From contig CAWFDF010000004.1 in the NCBI GenBank assembly GCA_963814585.1, forward strand, positions 544,001-608,000: a DNA stretch of 64,000 nucleotides, given 5' to 3'. A program made the translations under genes and the position numbers. The number at the start of each line of letters is the position of its first letter. Within the stretch, counting starts at the first letter, position 1. The stretch is from an uncultured delta proteobacterium. Its GTDB lineage: Bacteria > Myxococcota > Myxococcia > Myxococcales > Anaeromyxobacteraceae. Positions 63,475 through 64,000 of this stretch are shown in pieces. The notes under the pieces are model-generated. The model saw nothing but the letters and a program-made list of their open reading frames with translations, was not told the DNA's origin and did not search any database.

Positions 63475-64000
63475 ATGGACGCCCTCCTCGTCGCCGCCTT
63501 TCCACCGGAGCTGGCCGGGCTCGACGCCGCGCCGCCGCCCGGCTGGCGCGTCGCGGTCACCGGCATCGGCGCGCTCTCCGCCGCCGCGGTGACGGCCCGG
63601 CTGGTCGCCGAGCGGCGCCCGTCCAGGGTGCTCTTCGCCGGCACCTGCGGCGCCTACGACGATCGCCTCTCGGTGGGCGACCTGCTCTCGGCCTCCGCCG
63701 CCGTCGCCATCTCCCTCGACGTGCTGGAGGGGCGGGCCTACCAGCCCGAGCTCGAGGTCACCCGCTGGGCGGCGGGCTGGGCGCTTCCCTTCCCCCCGCA
63801 CCTGGTGGCGGTTCCGCCAGGCGTCACCTGCACCGCCGACGGTGCGCGCCGGCTCGCGGCGGTGGCCGCCGCCGAGCACCTCGAGCTGACCGGGGTCTTC
63901 GCCGCCTGCCACGCCGCCGGCGTCCCGGTGGCCGGCGCCCTGGCCGTCGCCAACCGGGTCGGCCCCGCCGCCCACGCGGAGTGGATGGCCCACCACGCCC
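63475..64000 (+). CDS. Purine/MTA nucleosidase-phosphorylase family protein (partial)
   Basis: Manual translation MDALLVAAFPPELAGL...TGIGALSAA...FAGTCGAY...EHLELTGVFAAC...AVANRVG; runs off the window. Confidence 0.75.
   Translation, partial: MDALLVAAFPPELAGLDAAPPPGWRVAVTGIGALSAAAVTARLVAERRPSRVLFAGTCGAYDDRLSVGDLLSASAAVAISLDVLEGRAYQPELEVTRWAAGWALPFPPHLVAVPPGVTCTADGARRLAAVAAAEHLELTGVFAACHAAGVPVAGALAVANRVGPAAHAEWMAHHA

Overview
Very GC-rich myxobacterial (Anaeromyxobacter-like) window. The taxonomic guess rests on a MYXO-CTERM tail, a Ser/Thr kinase and the lipoprotein style. Left part (1-30 kb): APC permease, two exported hypotheticals, hemW, ferritin, two giant repeat-rich surface lipoproteins (an FN3-stalked metallophosphoesterase and an Ig/MBG/LamG/MYXO-CTERM adhesin, both with repeat-associated frameshifts that look like assembly artefacts), a lipase, a TSP1-like-repeat cytochrome c lipoprotein, acuI, a penicillin acylase, and MFS and EamA transporters. 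Centre (~30.4-48.8 kb): a visibly less GC-rich amide/urea nitrogen island. It holds urtABCDE-amiE-cbbQ-cbbO on the minus strand, a divergent AmiC-sensor/sigma54-activator fusion, and a urease cluster (ureD, fused gamma-beta, ureC, ureF, ureG, no ureE) whose proteins look plant/fungal-like. Best candidate for an undescribed system: a Rubisco-activase-type CbbQ/CbbO pair sits directly behind the aliphatic amidase AmiE, with no Rubisco or NO reductase in the window, and AmiE ends in ...K-H-R, the C-terminal H-K/R tag known from CbbQO-client Rubiscos. This suggests an 'amidase activase'. Right part: PQQ sugar dehydrogenase, kinase, a transglutaminase/TPR pair, cytochrome c, comF, gpmI and a partial nucleosidase. 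No rRNA, tRNA, CRISPR array or transposase was recognised. All family calls come from motif recognition, not database searches.
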